Source of the DNA: Octopus sinensis | Lineage: Eukaryota | DNA: 64,000 nt | Direction of reading: 5' to 3' | NCBI RefSeq assembly: GCF_006345805.1 | Contig: NC_043016.1 | Location: 20,274,001-20,338,000, forward strand | Shown here: positions 1-13,350 of the stretch, in pieces | How positions within the stretch are numbered: position 1 is the stretch's first letter | How the letters are laid out: each line of letters opens with the position of its first letter | The notes under the pieces: model-generated | Told to the model about the DNA's origin: nothing | The model's input: only the letters and a program-made list of their open reading frames with translations | Database searches by the model: none | Made by a program: the position numbers and the translations under genes

Positions 1-1031
1 CTAGGCACCCTAAGAGCAGACTCCCTGTCCTTGATACTAAACTTTGGGTGGAGACTGTGAACAACAGAGAGCAGCTCCTCCGTTCTTATTACACGAAACC
101 TATAGCTTCTAAATATGCTTTTCACAAGAACTCAGCTTTGTCACACAACATGAAAATCAGCATACAGATAGCAAATCTAGTTAGGATAATGAACACAATG
201 TCCCTACTATGTAGACCCTATGAAACAAAGAAGCATGTACAGAACTTCATCATTGCATGCAATTCTCTGGATATGATCAGAAAGATAGGGTTTGGTATGC
301 AGGGGTGCTAGAAAGAAGTTAGATAGCATTATAAGTAATGAAACCAGTGGTACCTACCCTAGATATAGAAGTCGAGACTGGAATAGAATACAAAGAATTT
401 GCGACAAAGTAAACAAGGTGAGCACGTGGTATACAAGATCAACAAATATGAAGGAGTGATGTTTGTAGAGGCCATGGAGAATTAGCCTGTAGATTTAGGA
501 AAGCTCTGAAAGAAGCTAAACTCAACATTAAGATTGTTGAAAAGCCAGGGAACTCCATCAGATAACAACTAAGTAGGACATACCCCTTTGAGAATACCAC
601 ATGCACCAATGATAACTGCATGGCATTAACTGTAGAACTAGAAATGTAGTGTACAGCATAAGGTGCATAGAGGGTGTTTATCAAGACAAGAACGTAATAT
701 ACATAGGTGAAACATCTAGGACCATTGCAGGAAGACTAAATGAACATCTGAGACAATATGATAACAAAAACAATCCTGTATACCCTAACAACATGCCAAA
801 GACCAACATGGAGGCACACTGGGTAAACTTGACTTCTTATCCAAGTATGTGAAGGATCCAACACTCAGACAAGTACAAGAGTATGTCATCATTAATGAAA
901 CATCCCCAGTACAAAACAGGAAATATACATAGGTGTCATATCCCAATACCCAGTTTATATATACACAATGTTGTTAGTAGGCTATTATATAGGCATGTGT
1001 GTGTCTGTGTGTGCATATGTGTATGTAAATA

Positions 1032-1062
<31 letters not shown>

Positions 1063-1401
1063 ACATGTGGGTAAATGGAAATGCGTATGGACAGGTAGAT
1101 ATGCAGATAAATAGGTACATAGGTAATATGGACAGATGGACACAAACACACATACATACAAATGAAGACTGAAACACATGACCATATACACACTTCACAC
1201 AAGGACACATATGAAGACACATCCATACATAATAGACACACATACATAGTCACACAGACACACGCAAACATGCACACAGGAGACAGAGGTACACACAGAA
1301 ATGCACACACACATGCGCACATGCATACATATATATATATGCATACACACACACATACATGCATGCACACAAACATGGAGAGTACATACATACAAACGTG
1401 T

Positions 1402-1785
1402 GGATGGAAGCACTCCGTCGGTTACGACGACGAGGGTTCCGGTTGATCCGATCAACGGAACAGCCTGCTCGTGAAATTAACGTGTAAGTGGCTGAGCACT
1501 CCACAGACACGTGTACCCTTAACGTAGTTCTCAGGGATATTCAGCATGACACAGAGAGTGACAAGGCCGGCCCTTTGAAATACAAGTACAACAGAAACAG
1601 GAAGTAAGAGTGAGAGAAAGTTGTGGTGAAAGAGTACAGCAGGGATCACCACCATCCCTGCCAGAGCCTCGTGGAGCTTTAGGTGTTTTCACTCAATAAA
1701 CACTCACAACGCCCGGTCTGGGAATCGAAACCGCGATCCTACGACCGCGAGTCCGCTGCCCTAACCACTGGGCCATTGCGCCTCC
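1402..1785 (-). mobile_element. tRNA-derived SINE, full length, inserted into the PLE
   Basis: Minus strand begins GGAGGCGCAATGGCCCAGTGGTTAGG...GGTTTCGATTCCC (Pol III A/B-box-like). 10-bp TSD ACAAACGTGT at 1392-1401 and 1786-1795. A near-identical copy lies at 14594-14975. Confidence 0.9.
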
Positions 1786-1916
1786 ACAAACGTGTACACA
1801 AACGTGTACACATGCATACAATATATATGCATACATACATGTGTATGTGCATGCACACTGATGCACACACTTGCATACAAAAAAAAAGAACACAATTCCG
1901 ATAACAGAGTCAATGA

Positions 1917-1953
1917 CTATTGAAAAGGTTGATAGTCACAGTGAAAGTTTTAG
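1917..1953 (+). ncRNA. Minimal hammerhead-ribozyme-like motif (U3:A8 core), partly decayed
   Basis: CTA-TTGAAAA-G-GTTG(atagtca)CAGT-GAAA-GT-TT-TAG: stem I CTA/TAG and a wobble-rich stem II, located in the PLE terminal repeat. Confidence 0.45.
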
Positions 1954-2113
1954 TAAAAATAAATAAGTAAATGAGTGGAAATTGGTGAGTGTGTTAAATA
2001 ATAAGGCACTAAAAGAGAATGACTCTCTCCAGACACAATAAAATATGCTTCAACACATGAATTCACATAAAGAATCTTTCAAACCAAATACAAAAACGAT
2101 ATATATATATATA

Positions 2114-2471
2114 TCTTTATATATAAAAGAGAGGTTGTGTGTCTGTCTCCTACGATTTAGATTCCTAACTACTCCCACATTTTGTGGTGCAGTTTAACCA
2201 AAACCGGGTATCTTATAGTCGTGATTCATATCGAGCCCTTCTGGGTATTAGCGCGTGTCTACGATGAGTCTACGATTTAAAAAAAAATTTACCACCATTT
2301 TTTTCCATTTTAATGCATTTTTTCGCTATTATATAAAGGGAAGTAACTCTCTAAAAATGTCTACGATGAGTCAACGATTAAAAAAATTTAACATTTTTGG
2401 CTATATCTCTCTAAAAATGCTTATATAGTTATTTCCCTTACAAACCCGAGCAACGCCGGGCGATACTGCTA

Positions 2472-2472
<1 letters not shown>
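2114..2472 (+). mobile_element. Non-autonomous Helitron
   Basis: 5' TC follows an A, 3' CTAG precedes a T, subterminal hairpin CCCGagcaacgcCGGG at 2445-2460, no TSD. Same family as 56382-56898. Confidence 0.85.
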
Positions 2473-2517
<45 letters not shown>

Positions 2518-2518
2518 A

Positions 2519-2844
2519 TTGAAGGAGTGGAACAGGTAAAATGTAGGCTACACATTTCTTTGCTAGTTGATCGATCCTCTGATGTAATAATTACTCAACA
2601 AGGGGTACTCAACTTAGCTAATCATCAGGCCAATTAAGGCTACATTGTCTTTTGGAATTTCCACTCACATCTGCGTGAGTTAACTTAGAAATTCCAAGTG
2701 ACAACGTAACTTTCATTTAATTAAGCTAATCTTTGCCTGATGATTAGCTAAGTTTAGTACCCCAAGTTGAATAATTATTACATCAGAGGATCAGCTAGCT
2801 AAGAAACATATGTAACCTGAATTTTACCCTCTCCACTCCCTCAA
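2519..2844. repeat. Palindromic (foldback/MITE-like) element
   Basis: About 110-bp imperfect inverted arms (e.g. GATCCTCTGATGTAATAATT / AATTATTACATCAGAGGATC and CTTAGCTAATCATCAGGC / GCCTGATGATTAGCTAAG), plus inner arms TTGGAATTTC / GAAATTCCAA. Confidence 0.8.
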
Positions 2845-4009
2845 GTTGTTAACCATGAGCTATACAAAAACTTACAGTTATCATATTTCTCCATAATTTC
2901 AATATGGAACCTTTGATGTCAATAAATTGTTATTGCTCCTGATCATACACTGTCCACTTTTTGTTCTCTATACCTGCCACAGACTGTTTGAGGCTTACAA
3001 ACTTTCTACAGTTGGATCCTCAGATCTTACCCTTGTATATCTCTATCTACCTATATCTACAAACATCACACACACATATTATTTGCAGTCAGTTACTACT
3101 TACTTTTTCTTGAAGAGCATCTAAAAACAAACATTTTGATACCTTAGTTGTGAAATTTGGATGAATAATTTAGGAAATACAATTTGAATGGTCAGTGAAA
3201 TGGTTGAAATTTTGTCTAATTTGCATAAATGAATAAGTAACTATGTTTGCAATATCTTTGAAACTGAGGTGATAATCATCTTGAAATTAGTAGTGACCAT
3301 GGTATAGTAGTTGCTAAATTTTTTTCAGGTTTGTGAAAAGAAAAATTTTTTTTGGCAATATTTTAAATACTTATGTAAAGCCTATTTTGTTACATGAGCC
3401 AAATGGTTGATTTTTGAAGTGATTTCAGACCTAGCTAAATCCAAAACTACAAGTCATACGAACATTGAGGTTTTGGCGCATTTGTAGTAGGTATGGAGGT
3501 AAATAAATCATGAGATTCTGGGGCATGAAAAGCATTTCCATAAAATTTTAATTAGATTATTGAAAATGGCTATAAATGGTAGAATTTCAGATCAGGATGC
3601 CCACATAAGTTGGATTTTCTGTTTTGATGGGGATTTTCCCCATTTTTTCTCACCACGGACTTGGAAATGATGGGGAGAAGCATTTTTAGAAAAATTTGTC
3701 TGATTTAGGCCAGGTTTTTAGGCACTTAAAAAGCCCTTATAATAGGTAAAAAAATTATGAAAATATTTTGAGATGAAAAGCTATGTGATTTAAGGGAGTT
3801 TAGCTGCTTTTCTAGCACATCCCATGACAACCTGGCAATGTGCAAGCATTTCATGTATATTCATACATGGCTATATTGAGATCCATTATTTGTTAGGGAC
3901 TCAGTTTTGATACACTGGTATGGGGTATAAAACTGAATCTTCTCGAACATTAGAGCTTTACTATAGATTTAATAAGTATCCTTGGAAAGCACTGTAGAAG
4001 GGGTGACAT

Positions 4010-5330
4010 AAAATTTGACCATGCAAAAACCCATTTTTTGGTACATCATTTTCATGACAAAAAAACCTATTTTCTTTGGAAAATTATATATCGTTTGAAA
4101 ACTCTGGATGTGAACTTTGTTCTCATATAGTATTAATCAAAATCTGACACATACCTAAAATATCAGGATCCCTCAAACACGCTGGTATTTCCATCCATTC
4201 ACAAAGTTTATCCTGTATTTTTTTTGTTTTTTGACTGCTAAATGATAGCACTTGATCTAGTTTAATGCACTTGAGCACTATAACTCATGTTCTGTTGGTG
4301 ATTTTACATGCAGCTAGAGTATTTTTTAAAGAATTACTTTGATATAAATCTAGATGGCAGTAGGTCAGATAATTGTTATAAAATATAAAAGTGAAAATCA
4401 GCACTTGTGAAAATGTAAACATTACAACAAAATATCTGACTGTACTCAAAATCGGGAAGATAAATGAAAAAAAACATCACATTGGACTTCAATAGCCCAA
4501 TATTTCTCTAAGAAATATGAAATTCACTTGTACAAGAATATGCACAAGGTAAAATTCATATGTTGCTAAGTTCAAAGCAATAGGGAATAAACAATATTAT
4601 CAATACAATGACTACATGCCAATTTTGGACTCTAGGAGGACCTATTTAACTCAATTTAATGCAAATTCTCATAGAAATATGTTTACTTAACAATTAACTT
4701 GTCCATTTCTTGAAAGTCTAGTTCAATATCGTTATTTGAAGCCTTGAATTCCTCTTCCATATGACCTCTCACAGAGTGAGAATCTGTCAGTTTCACAAGT
4801 AGTATCAATATGTGTTAATTGTATACAAAAAGCATCACTACACCACTTTCATTTTTACACTTTGCACTTTTTTGCTATACCTTGGCCAGAATCAGTAATG
4901 TCCTTGATTTAGTAAGAAACTTTTCTTTCTCATGGTATAAAACATGTTCTTTTCTAAGTGAAAATTAGCAATAAAATTTTCACTTTTATATTTCATAATG
5001 ATTATCTGACCTACCCCCATCGAGTTTTATATCAAAATAAAGCTAAAACATTCATCTACATGCATATAATTTTAAAGAAAACCTGAGTTATGGCACTTGA
5101 ATGGATTGAACATTGAATTAGAACACGGGGTATCATTCATCAGGCAAAAGAAAAAGAAGAGGAAAACTTTGTATATGCATGGAAATACCAAGGTGTTTGA
5201 GGGATTGTGACATGATATGAGAAGAAAGTTCACATCCAAAGCTTTCAAATTATATGTCATTTGCCATGGAAAAAATTAACTTTGAATTGAAAACGATGAA
5301 GCAAAAAATGTGTTTTGTGTCCAAACCGTG
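4010..5330. mobile_element. Old element with long (about 350-390 bp) diverged inverted repeats
   Basis: 4010-4400 aligns by eye with the reverse complement of 4975-5330 (e.g. ATCCCTCAAACAC..TGGTATTTCCAT, GTAGGTCAGATAAT, GGATGTGAACTTT). Confidence 0.7.
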
Positions 5331-5596
5331 CTTGTCTCTATTGGATGTTGCTCTATAATGATACCGACATACACCCACACCTGCACCTATATAATATATG
5401 TATTTTTTATAGGTTTAATCTTTTTCTTGTCAGCCTGCAAATTAATTCATGTTATATATATATATTTATAAGGTTTAAAGTTTAGTTGGTGTCAAAAGAG
5501 TCTCTTGGTCATAAGTCGTCAGTGTAATTGTAAATCAATAGTCCAACTATGGTAACATTTTCATTGTAAATGGAAATTGCTGCACTTATTTTTTTT

Positions 5597-5932
5597 TTCA
5601 CAACATCATAAGCGGAAAGTGTAACATCTCGAAAGAGCTGTTCTTCACTCCTGCTCCAGAGCAGGGGCTGTGGGGTCACTCCAAAAAGCTCTATCTATGA
5701 CGATTTCATCTGAATCGAAGGAGAGGGGCTTTCTCCGTCCGGGTTGCGGGTCCGCAGAATAAGCTGCCGGACGAGATAGTGAAAATGCCGACGACCGCTT
5801 GGTTCAAAGTCTCTCTCTTGACCAGAAATGGCCTGAACTCTTTGTATGACCACCCTCCCTGTACATAACTCCCTGTCCCCCTACATGGCCTTGCTTTTGC
5901 TTTTTGAGCCAATAAAAATTGAATTGAATTGA
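5597..5932 (+). mobile_element. CR1/L2-type LINE 3' end fragment
   Basis: Translates as GHSKKLYL*RFHLNRRRGAFSVRVAGPQNKLPDEIV (typical CR1 ORF2 C-terminus), followed by a short 3' UTR and a (TTGAA)n tail. Confidence 0.7.
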
Positions 5933-6459
5933 AAAAAATTATGATACTAGAATGACATTGTTTCTGAGTTCCTTTTTCATAATAGACTAATTGTGAATAA
6001 ATTTCCTTGCTATTGTAGCATGCATATACTATCATTTTCATTTATTACAACATATATGACAGACTTCTTTCGATGATGTATCAATAATATACTAAAGCTG
6101 ATTTAATCAAATGTGTCCTTCTCTCAAATTGTTAGAAACCAATATCATTAGAAAAAAAAATGCATTCACCATTTATAGCACATTCATGTGCAAGCAAACA
6201 AGGAACAGTGCTGCTGGGGGGCTTAGTCTTGGAGAACAACTCCTTAGAGACTTGTGTTAAAAACACAACATGCTCCAAATGTTGTTAATGGATTGACTGT
6301 CAGACATTGGTGTTTCAGTGTAATTTTTCCATCTTTAGTAAAAGATACCACTGTGGTGTCCCTATGAACTAATAGAACTTTTAACACGCAACTGAAAAAT
6401 AACTGAAAACATTATGTAATTTAAATTAAATGATGTGTTGAATTACATTCACTTTATAT

Positions 6460-6696
6460 GAAGGCGGTGAGCTGGCAGAAACGTTAGCACACCGGGCGAA
6501 ATGCATAGCCGTATTTCGTCTGCCGTTACGTTCTGGGTTCAAATTCCGCCGAGGTCGACTTTGCCTCTCATCCTTTTGGGGTTGATAAATTAAGTACCAG
6601 TTACACGCTGGGGTCGATGTAATCGACTTAATCCGTTTGTCTGTCTTTGTTTGTCCCCTCTGTGTTTAGCCCCTTGTGGGTAGTAAAGAAATATAT
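6460..6696 (+). mobile_element. tRNA-derived SINE with MetaSINE-like central domain
   Basis: A-box-like GAGCTGGCAGAA and B-box GGTTCAAATTCC; central CATCCTTTTGGGGTTGATAAATTAAGTACCAG; 13-bp TSD ATTCACTTTATAT at 6447-6459 and 6697-6709. Confidence 0.85.
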
Positions 6697-8797
6697 ATTC
6701 ACTTTATATTAAGAAGAAATTATTTCAAATCAACATGTAAAATTCCATCACTCCTGCTACGACGCCACCAAAATTGACTTCTTTTAAATATACAGGAAAA
6801 TATTCTCTATTATTACAATAAACCTCTTACCCACATCTTAAATTAAAACCAGACAATAGCAGAAGTATAATCCATAAAAATTAATAGCCATTATTTATTT
6901 TTAGCTGGTACTGATTATTATTATTATTATTATTATTATTTTTTTTTCCTTCTTTCTTCAAATTTTCTTCCGTTTCTCACCTAGTGTTTTCCGTACACCT
7001 AGGGCAGAGAAGCTAATTGTATGCATTCCCATTATTATTATTATTATTATTATTACTATTAGCAGCAGCACCAGCAGTATAAATAGTACTTGATTCATAA
7101 ATATATTTCAAATGTCAAAGTGTTGATTAATCCAAATATAAGATTTCACATGTTTGTCCTTAAAGGGCCAGTCACAAATGAAGACCCTAAAGTCAAAAGA
7201 CTTGGGAAAAGAAAGAAAAAACAAACAAACAAAACAAACACATATGCTCCTTAATTTATAATGCAAGTTACATTATTCTGCAATAATGTATTCAGGACTA
7301 TTTAAATTGCGTTCTCTATTACCTTACAAGGAAGTTGCTGAAGAATGAAAACTAATACTGAGTGCAATGAAATGAAATAAAAGAAAATGCTTAATTCAAA
7401 CAAATAGTTTTCTTAAAGAGAAATAAGTTTCAGTAGAGGTTATATTATTGCCTGTTGAATATTGCTTTATTGATTACATTTTCATCTTTTAGATCAAGAA
7501 TAACACCATAATTCTATTGCACATTTTATTTACCTTTATATTTTACAATTATTTATTTATGCTTTATTATATTTTATGAGCTATTTTATTAATAATACAT
7601 GTTACTATTAAGAATAGCCCATGCTACTGAACATTTAATTCCCCATAGCTACTCAATCATCCCAAATCATTTTAAATTCATCCAAACAACACAAATCATG
7701 TAAGAAAATTAAGAAATATGACATCTGGCAGGATTGGGAAAAAAAAAGAAAGAAAAAAAAAGGGTACAAAGATATTCAATCTTCTGTTATACTTGAAAAG
7801 TTGACTAGATAAATACAAAAACAATCTAAATCCAGTAATTTGCAAATATTTATTTTATTGACACTTGATGAATAAAAAATAAACCAGCATTAGAAGAATA
7901 AAACTAAATGCTGCAATGATTTTAGTCATATATTTTGTTGTCTCAGCCATCTCCCCAGTCACTTCCCCAAAGAGAAATGTTTCTGTAAAGTTATTAAAAG
8001 TAAAATTTAGTTTATAGGAGGGAAAATACATGAAGTGAAAGTACAGTACTTCAACTATATAGTTTTGAGTTCAAACCTAATGACTATAGCCTGACAAGGT
8101 CTATAATTGCTTGTCTCATGATGTCAACTGGTTCCTTCAGAGTTAAGTGGCTAGTGATAACAAGAGCATCCATCTGTAAAGATATTTTCTATAATAATTC
8201 TTCTTACCTATCAATGGAAAAGTATGGATGTACAACAGTAAAATATATAAGTGAACTTAAATTTATAAATAAACAGGTGGTTGAAAATAAACTGTACACA
8301 TGAGAATGAAAGAGTAAAAAAAAAAAAAATGATTGATTTTACAAAATGTGAGAATATTTGTGGTAAAAAAAAAAGGAAGATAACATATAAATTATAATTA
8401 TAAATAAAGAATATTGTTTGGCATGGTTGAGAATACAAACATCAGAAGTTTTTATTTAAAGATAGCAAAAATCAATAACAAATTTGTACTTGTAGTTCAA
8501 TAAGCATACATTGTGAAGTCTAGTGTAAAGTGTAAAAGCATGTTTCTATTTTTTACCCACTTGAACAAAATCTATTACTTTTACTGTTAGATGGGTTGAT
8601 GTGTTTAGGATGACTGAATGATAATACACTAATTAACACTTGCAAAGAATTATAGAGAAATGCAATTCTAATATAGGAATATGGAACAGTTTTAAATATT
8701 TAAGATAGACAGTAAAAATTAGGAGGTTAAGATAATGTAGAAGTTTCAAGAATAGCCTCAGGTAATGGGGTACAGAAAATCTAAAGAAATAAAGATG

Positions 8798-9308
8798 AAG
8801 AACATAGATTCAGAAGATATATATCTTCTGATAGTTTTCAGTCAAGATTTGATGAACTTTCTACATTTTGCCAGCTGAAATATATCAGCCTTCTGTCCAA
8901 ATCTGCAGTCTGATAAGAATATGTGTGTGTGTGTGTGTGTGTGTAGACACGCATACATGCATATATGTCCTCTCTCTCTCTCTCGGAGAGGCACAAGCAG
9001 CTATACGCACATATACACACACGGCAGTAACTTCCGCCTACCGAATTCAATCACAAAGCTTCGGTCGGCCTGGGGCTATAGCAGAAGACACTTGCCCAAA
9101 GTGCCACACGGTGGGACTGAACCCGAAACCATGTAGCTTGGAAGCAAGCTCCCTAACCACACAGCCATGCCTGCGCCTACGAAAAATGCATGTACATATG
9201 CGCACATACATTTTTCGTAGGCGTGGGCATGGCTGTGTGGTTAGGGAGCTTGCTTCTAAGCTATATGGTTTCAGGTTCAGTCCCACCGCGTGGCAATACT
9301 TATATATG

Positions 9309-9352
<44 letters not shown>

Positions 9353-9486
9353 TACACACATGCATGTGCATGCACACACACACATATTCTTATCAGGCTG
9401 CAGGTTTGGACAGAAAGCAGATATATTTCAGCTGGCAAAATGTAGAAAGTTTATAAAATCTTGGCTGTAAATTATCTATGGATCTT
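8798..9486. repeat. Nested inverted duplication containing two head-to-head SINE 5' ends
   Basis: Outer arms 8838-8935 and 9373-9468 are near-perfect reverse complements. Inner arms about 9102-9188 and 9209-9295 are SINE heads (GGCATGGCTGTGTGGTTAGG...GGTTCAGTCCC) in opposite orientation. Confidence 0.85.
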
Positions 9487-10575
9487 GAAATTCAAGCTGA
9501 AATAAGCTTGAAAATTTGGATAATGTCTTTGAATGCAATTGTTCTGGACCAAATATACATTCACCATTTACAACAGAGCTGCTTAAAAGCTTCAAGTGCT
9601 TATAAAATTCTGCAAACAATCTGAATAAAAATGGAATGACCACTATTTTCAAAGCACAAGAATAAAATATCGTAGTCTAAAATAGTCTATTCTGGATGAA
9701 TAACTTTCATAATGTCTCTCTTGAGAAAATAGTCAAAGTAAAATTCTAAGAATCACTGCAGTTGATAAAACTAAAGCTGTTAAAAAATTTGCTATTAGAA
9801 TTTACATCACAAGAGATAAGTTGCTGCATCTACAGTGCTTTACATAATGTATACTAGGCAACTCTTCTGACCTTTGAGGTATGCTGTGAAAAACAAAGCA
9901 TTACAAGATATTTTTGCATTCACCAATTGGGATCTACAAGAATCTCATGGAAACTCTAGTTGGAATTATCCTGATTTGGGAAAGAGAGGGCATGTCTTTG
10001 GATTTTAATTTATCATTTTAACCTAGATATTTCATATACTTGAATACTGCCAGACTGATTCAATAAAAATATTTCTAAATATATTTCCATTAATGAGAGA
10101 GAAAGAATTCATATTGTTCTTGACACAGACATCATTGGTATATGATGTAGTAACATCCTTTTACAAACAGCAAATCCTAGAAAAGGTAGAACTGACAATT
10201 GTTCTTATTGCAAAATTACTTTCAATTTGTTCATTCATTTTTGTGTCTGTTTTTTTGGGTTTTTTTTCATGCTATCACAAGTTAGATGAATATATTATTG
10301 AGGTATGTCTTATAGCTGGGTGCCTTCCCTGTTGCTAATATTTTATGTTTTTCAAGTAAGAGATCCATATGCTCTTATTCCATATGCTTTTGAATACACA
10401 AAGCGAATGGATGACCTATTGTGACAACAGCATCACTGCTCTTAAACCACAACTTTTATATAAGTGAATGCAAACATAAACAAACAATGCACATGCAAAC
10501 ACATACGTTCACTCACACAAGCACATGAATGTATGTATGTATTATGTATGTATTCACATTCACACACATACATAA

Positions 10576-10715
10576 TGGGTTTCTTTCAATTTATCAAATC
10601 CACTTACAAGGTTTTGGTCACCCCAGGACTAAAGTTGAAGACACCCAAGGTGCTGTGTCAGTGGAATGGAGGCTAAAACTATATGCAAACTTCTTAACCA
10701 CACAGCAACCCTGCA
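10576..10715 (-). mobile_element. Decayed 5' half of the long microsatellite-containing SINE family
   Basis: Similar to 9025-9180 and 35137-35290 (CAAATCCACT..CAAGG, AACCACACAGC). Confidence 0.6.
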
Positions 10716-11100
10716 CTTTTTAGTGACTGTTATATTTTACATTCAAAATCAGTAATTAGAGCTTTAACCATTTGAGTTTTTGTTTATCTTCAGAAAATTA
10801 AGAGTGTCATTACAAGTTACCTTCGTTATCTAGTAGTTTATTTTGCAATAATACAGTTTCAATCCCTCTAAGCTGCACCATGGGTAAGTCTACTATCAAA
10901 CCCTCAAGTTGAAACCATCATGACTGAAATTTAGTAGAGAGAAACTGTGTGGGAGTTCATCACAGGGGCTATTCCAATTCTTGAGTGGTAGATTCAAACC
11001 ATTGCCAAATTCAACACCATGTCCTGGAACGTGAATGCTTTTAACAGTGTCCTCTTTGTTGCTAGCATTCAGGCCAGGTCCTCAGTGTTAGTATATTCTT

Positions 11101-11160
11101 TTACCTTCCTCCCCAAGTCTTGCAGGACCTGAAAGTGTCATAGGTACTGATCTTACTTAC
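11101..11160 (-). other. Candidate alternative terminal exon of WDR20 or recursive splice site
   Basis: Minus strand: long U/C tract ...TTTTTCTATTGTTCCTTAG|GTAAGT. In phase 0 it reads VSKISTYDTFRSCKTWGGR*. Confidence 0.3.
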
Positions 11161-12896
11161 CTAAGGAACAATAGAAAAATTAATAAAATAAAAAATAGTT
11201 TCATAAACTAAATTGTTTATTGACCACCTTGATACTGAACTGTTCATAGTCTTTACTGGTTCAAAATTTAATAGGTTTCAAATCTTTTTCAGTTGTTTGC
11301 TTAATCAAACATGTAGGGTAGGTTTGGTGGGTTTATGTGTGTATGTCTGAGTGTGCATGCCTACACAGGCAACTGTATAATATTAAAGATAGGAAAAGAA
11401 TCCTAATGAAAATCATTAAGCAAAATATGATTCATAGAGTCAATGCTTAATTCAATCAATAAAAGAAAAGTAAAAATATCTAAAAATAAAATTAAATTAA
11501 AATTTTTAAATCTGCATTTACTTACTACAAAGAAATTTGCATAATATCAGATATTTGAAATAATGTGCTAAATATAATTTATCAATATTTGTAACATCAT
11601 TATTACTATTATCATTACTGTTACGGTTTCTTTTTTAATGTTACTACAACTACTGTTATTATCATTATCATCATAATATCATTAACAAATGTTTGTAATA
11701 TTTAAAACAAATAAATAATATATATCCCTCAGAAAAAATAATATTGGTGTTTGTTATTGTATGCAAGGAGAGAAGAGGGGTAATAAATTAGCAGAAGAAG
11801 CAAAAAATATAACAAAAATCTTCTAAAACTTCCACCAGCTTTAAAATATTCTTGTTTGAAAAATAATATATAAAATGATTGGGATAAAAAAAAAAAAGAA
11901 ACAAAAAATAATAAATTCCATTCATTTACATCTAAAAATTTTTTTATCCACATTACATTTTTTAAGGAATATTTAATGAATCTGGAAATTCCTGTCTGAG
12001 ACAAAGAATGAAGTATTGAATATACAGAATATATTTCTTTAATGTTATTCTTTTTACTATTACTGTCTGTCAACAATATTATCATCTTCAGTGTTGTCAT
12101 TATTAATAAAACTACTGCTTTCCCTTTTGTTTTCCACACACACACACACACATACACACACACATGCGCGTGCGCGCACACACACACACACACACACACA
12201 ACACACAATTTTATATTAAAAAAAAAAAGAATTGTTTTAAAATAATTCCTCAAATTATAATAATGCCAAGCAACTAGCGTTCTACTTAAATAGTCACAAC
12301 AGTATGGGATAGACAATATTATTCTAGAAATGAAAGCACTGTGGCCCATAAGATGAAATAGGATTCACATTTCGGGAGACTGTGATTTCCTTGGACATAT
12401 TTATATTTCTTTCTTAAGAGTTTTCAATTAGATGTTCCATTAGTATGACCAACTTCAAACACACACACACAGACATTTTTTTTTTTCTCATGAAACAGTA
12501 TCTACACAATTTGGCTGATGAATTATTTTCTTCAGAATTATGTTTCATGCATACAAAGAAAAGAAAAATCAGAGATATAAAAAGGAAGAAATACATGCAT
12601 ATATATACATATATACACACAAACATACACACATGCACACACATACAAATTTATGCATGTATCTTTTATGCTTTACCTTGTTTACGATTGTGCTTTCAAA
12701 CATGCTCAACACATACATATCAATTATATGCAGTCTCTGGCTTGCCTATGCTATAAACATGACCATTAAGGTTGAGAATACTTGTAATATACAAGAAGTT
12801 AAATTCTCATCATTAAGTATTTTTCTTATTCAATTTTAAAATAACTAAACTTGGATATTTTTTCATTTAGAAAAACAACCAAGAAAGTTTCATAAA

Positions 12897-12899
12897 TAT

Positions 12900-12976
<77 letters not shown>

Positions 12977-13045
12977 ATAATATATATATATATATGTATA
13001 TGTATATATTATGTATATATATATATATATGTATATGTATATATG

Positions 13046-13092
<47 letters not shown>

Positions 13093-13111
13093 TATGTTAT
13101 ATGTGTATATA

Positions 13112-13175
<64 letters not shown>

Positions 13176-13288
13176 GTGTAGTATGTATGTATGTAATGTA
13201 TGTATGTATTAATATATATACATATATATATTATATATATATATATATACATATATATATACATATATATATACATATATATATATAC

Positions 13289-13321
<33 letters not shown>

Positions 13322-13350
13322 ATATATATATATATATATACATAATATGT
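12897..13350. repeat. Large compound (TA)n/(TG)n microsatellite
   Basis: About 450 bp of interrupted TA repeats, seen directly. Confidence 0.95.

Larger units (their letters stand above)
1..2099 (+). mobile_element. Penelope-like element (PLE) 3' part, decayed: RT C-terminus, GIY-YIG endonuclease, microsatellite-rich 3' region and terminal repeat
   Basis: ORF 48-311 (YYTKPIASKYAFHKNSALSHNMKISI) resembles the PLE RT thumb. ORF 649-852 (YSIRC...YIGETSRTIAGRLNEHLR) is GIY-YIG-like. The element is colinear with the copy at 43653-45088, and 1905-2099 matches 44888-45088 and 63555-63749. Confidence 0.8.

Noticed and set aside
883-1510. Many overlapping ORFs rich in C/V/Y/I/H/T (also near 13043-13613, 23049-23665, 44206-45108, 60983-61497)
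   Set aside because: They are translations of (TG)n/(CA)n/(TA)n microsatellites, not proteins.
1700-1785. tRNA genes (also 6461-6550, 9218-9290, 14890-14975)
   Set aside because: tRNA-like heads continue into SINE bodies, with TSDs in the full-length copies; no complete cloverleaf.
8868-9470. 200-aa ORF
   Set aside because: Runs across SINE fragments and microsatellites in an inverted duplication; no domain signature.
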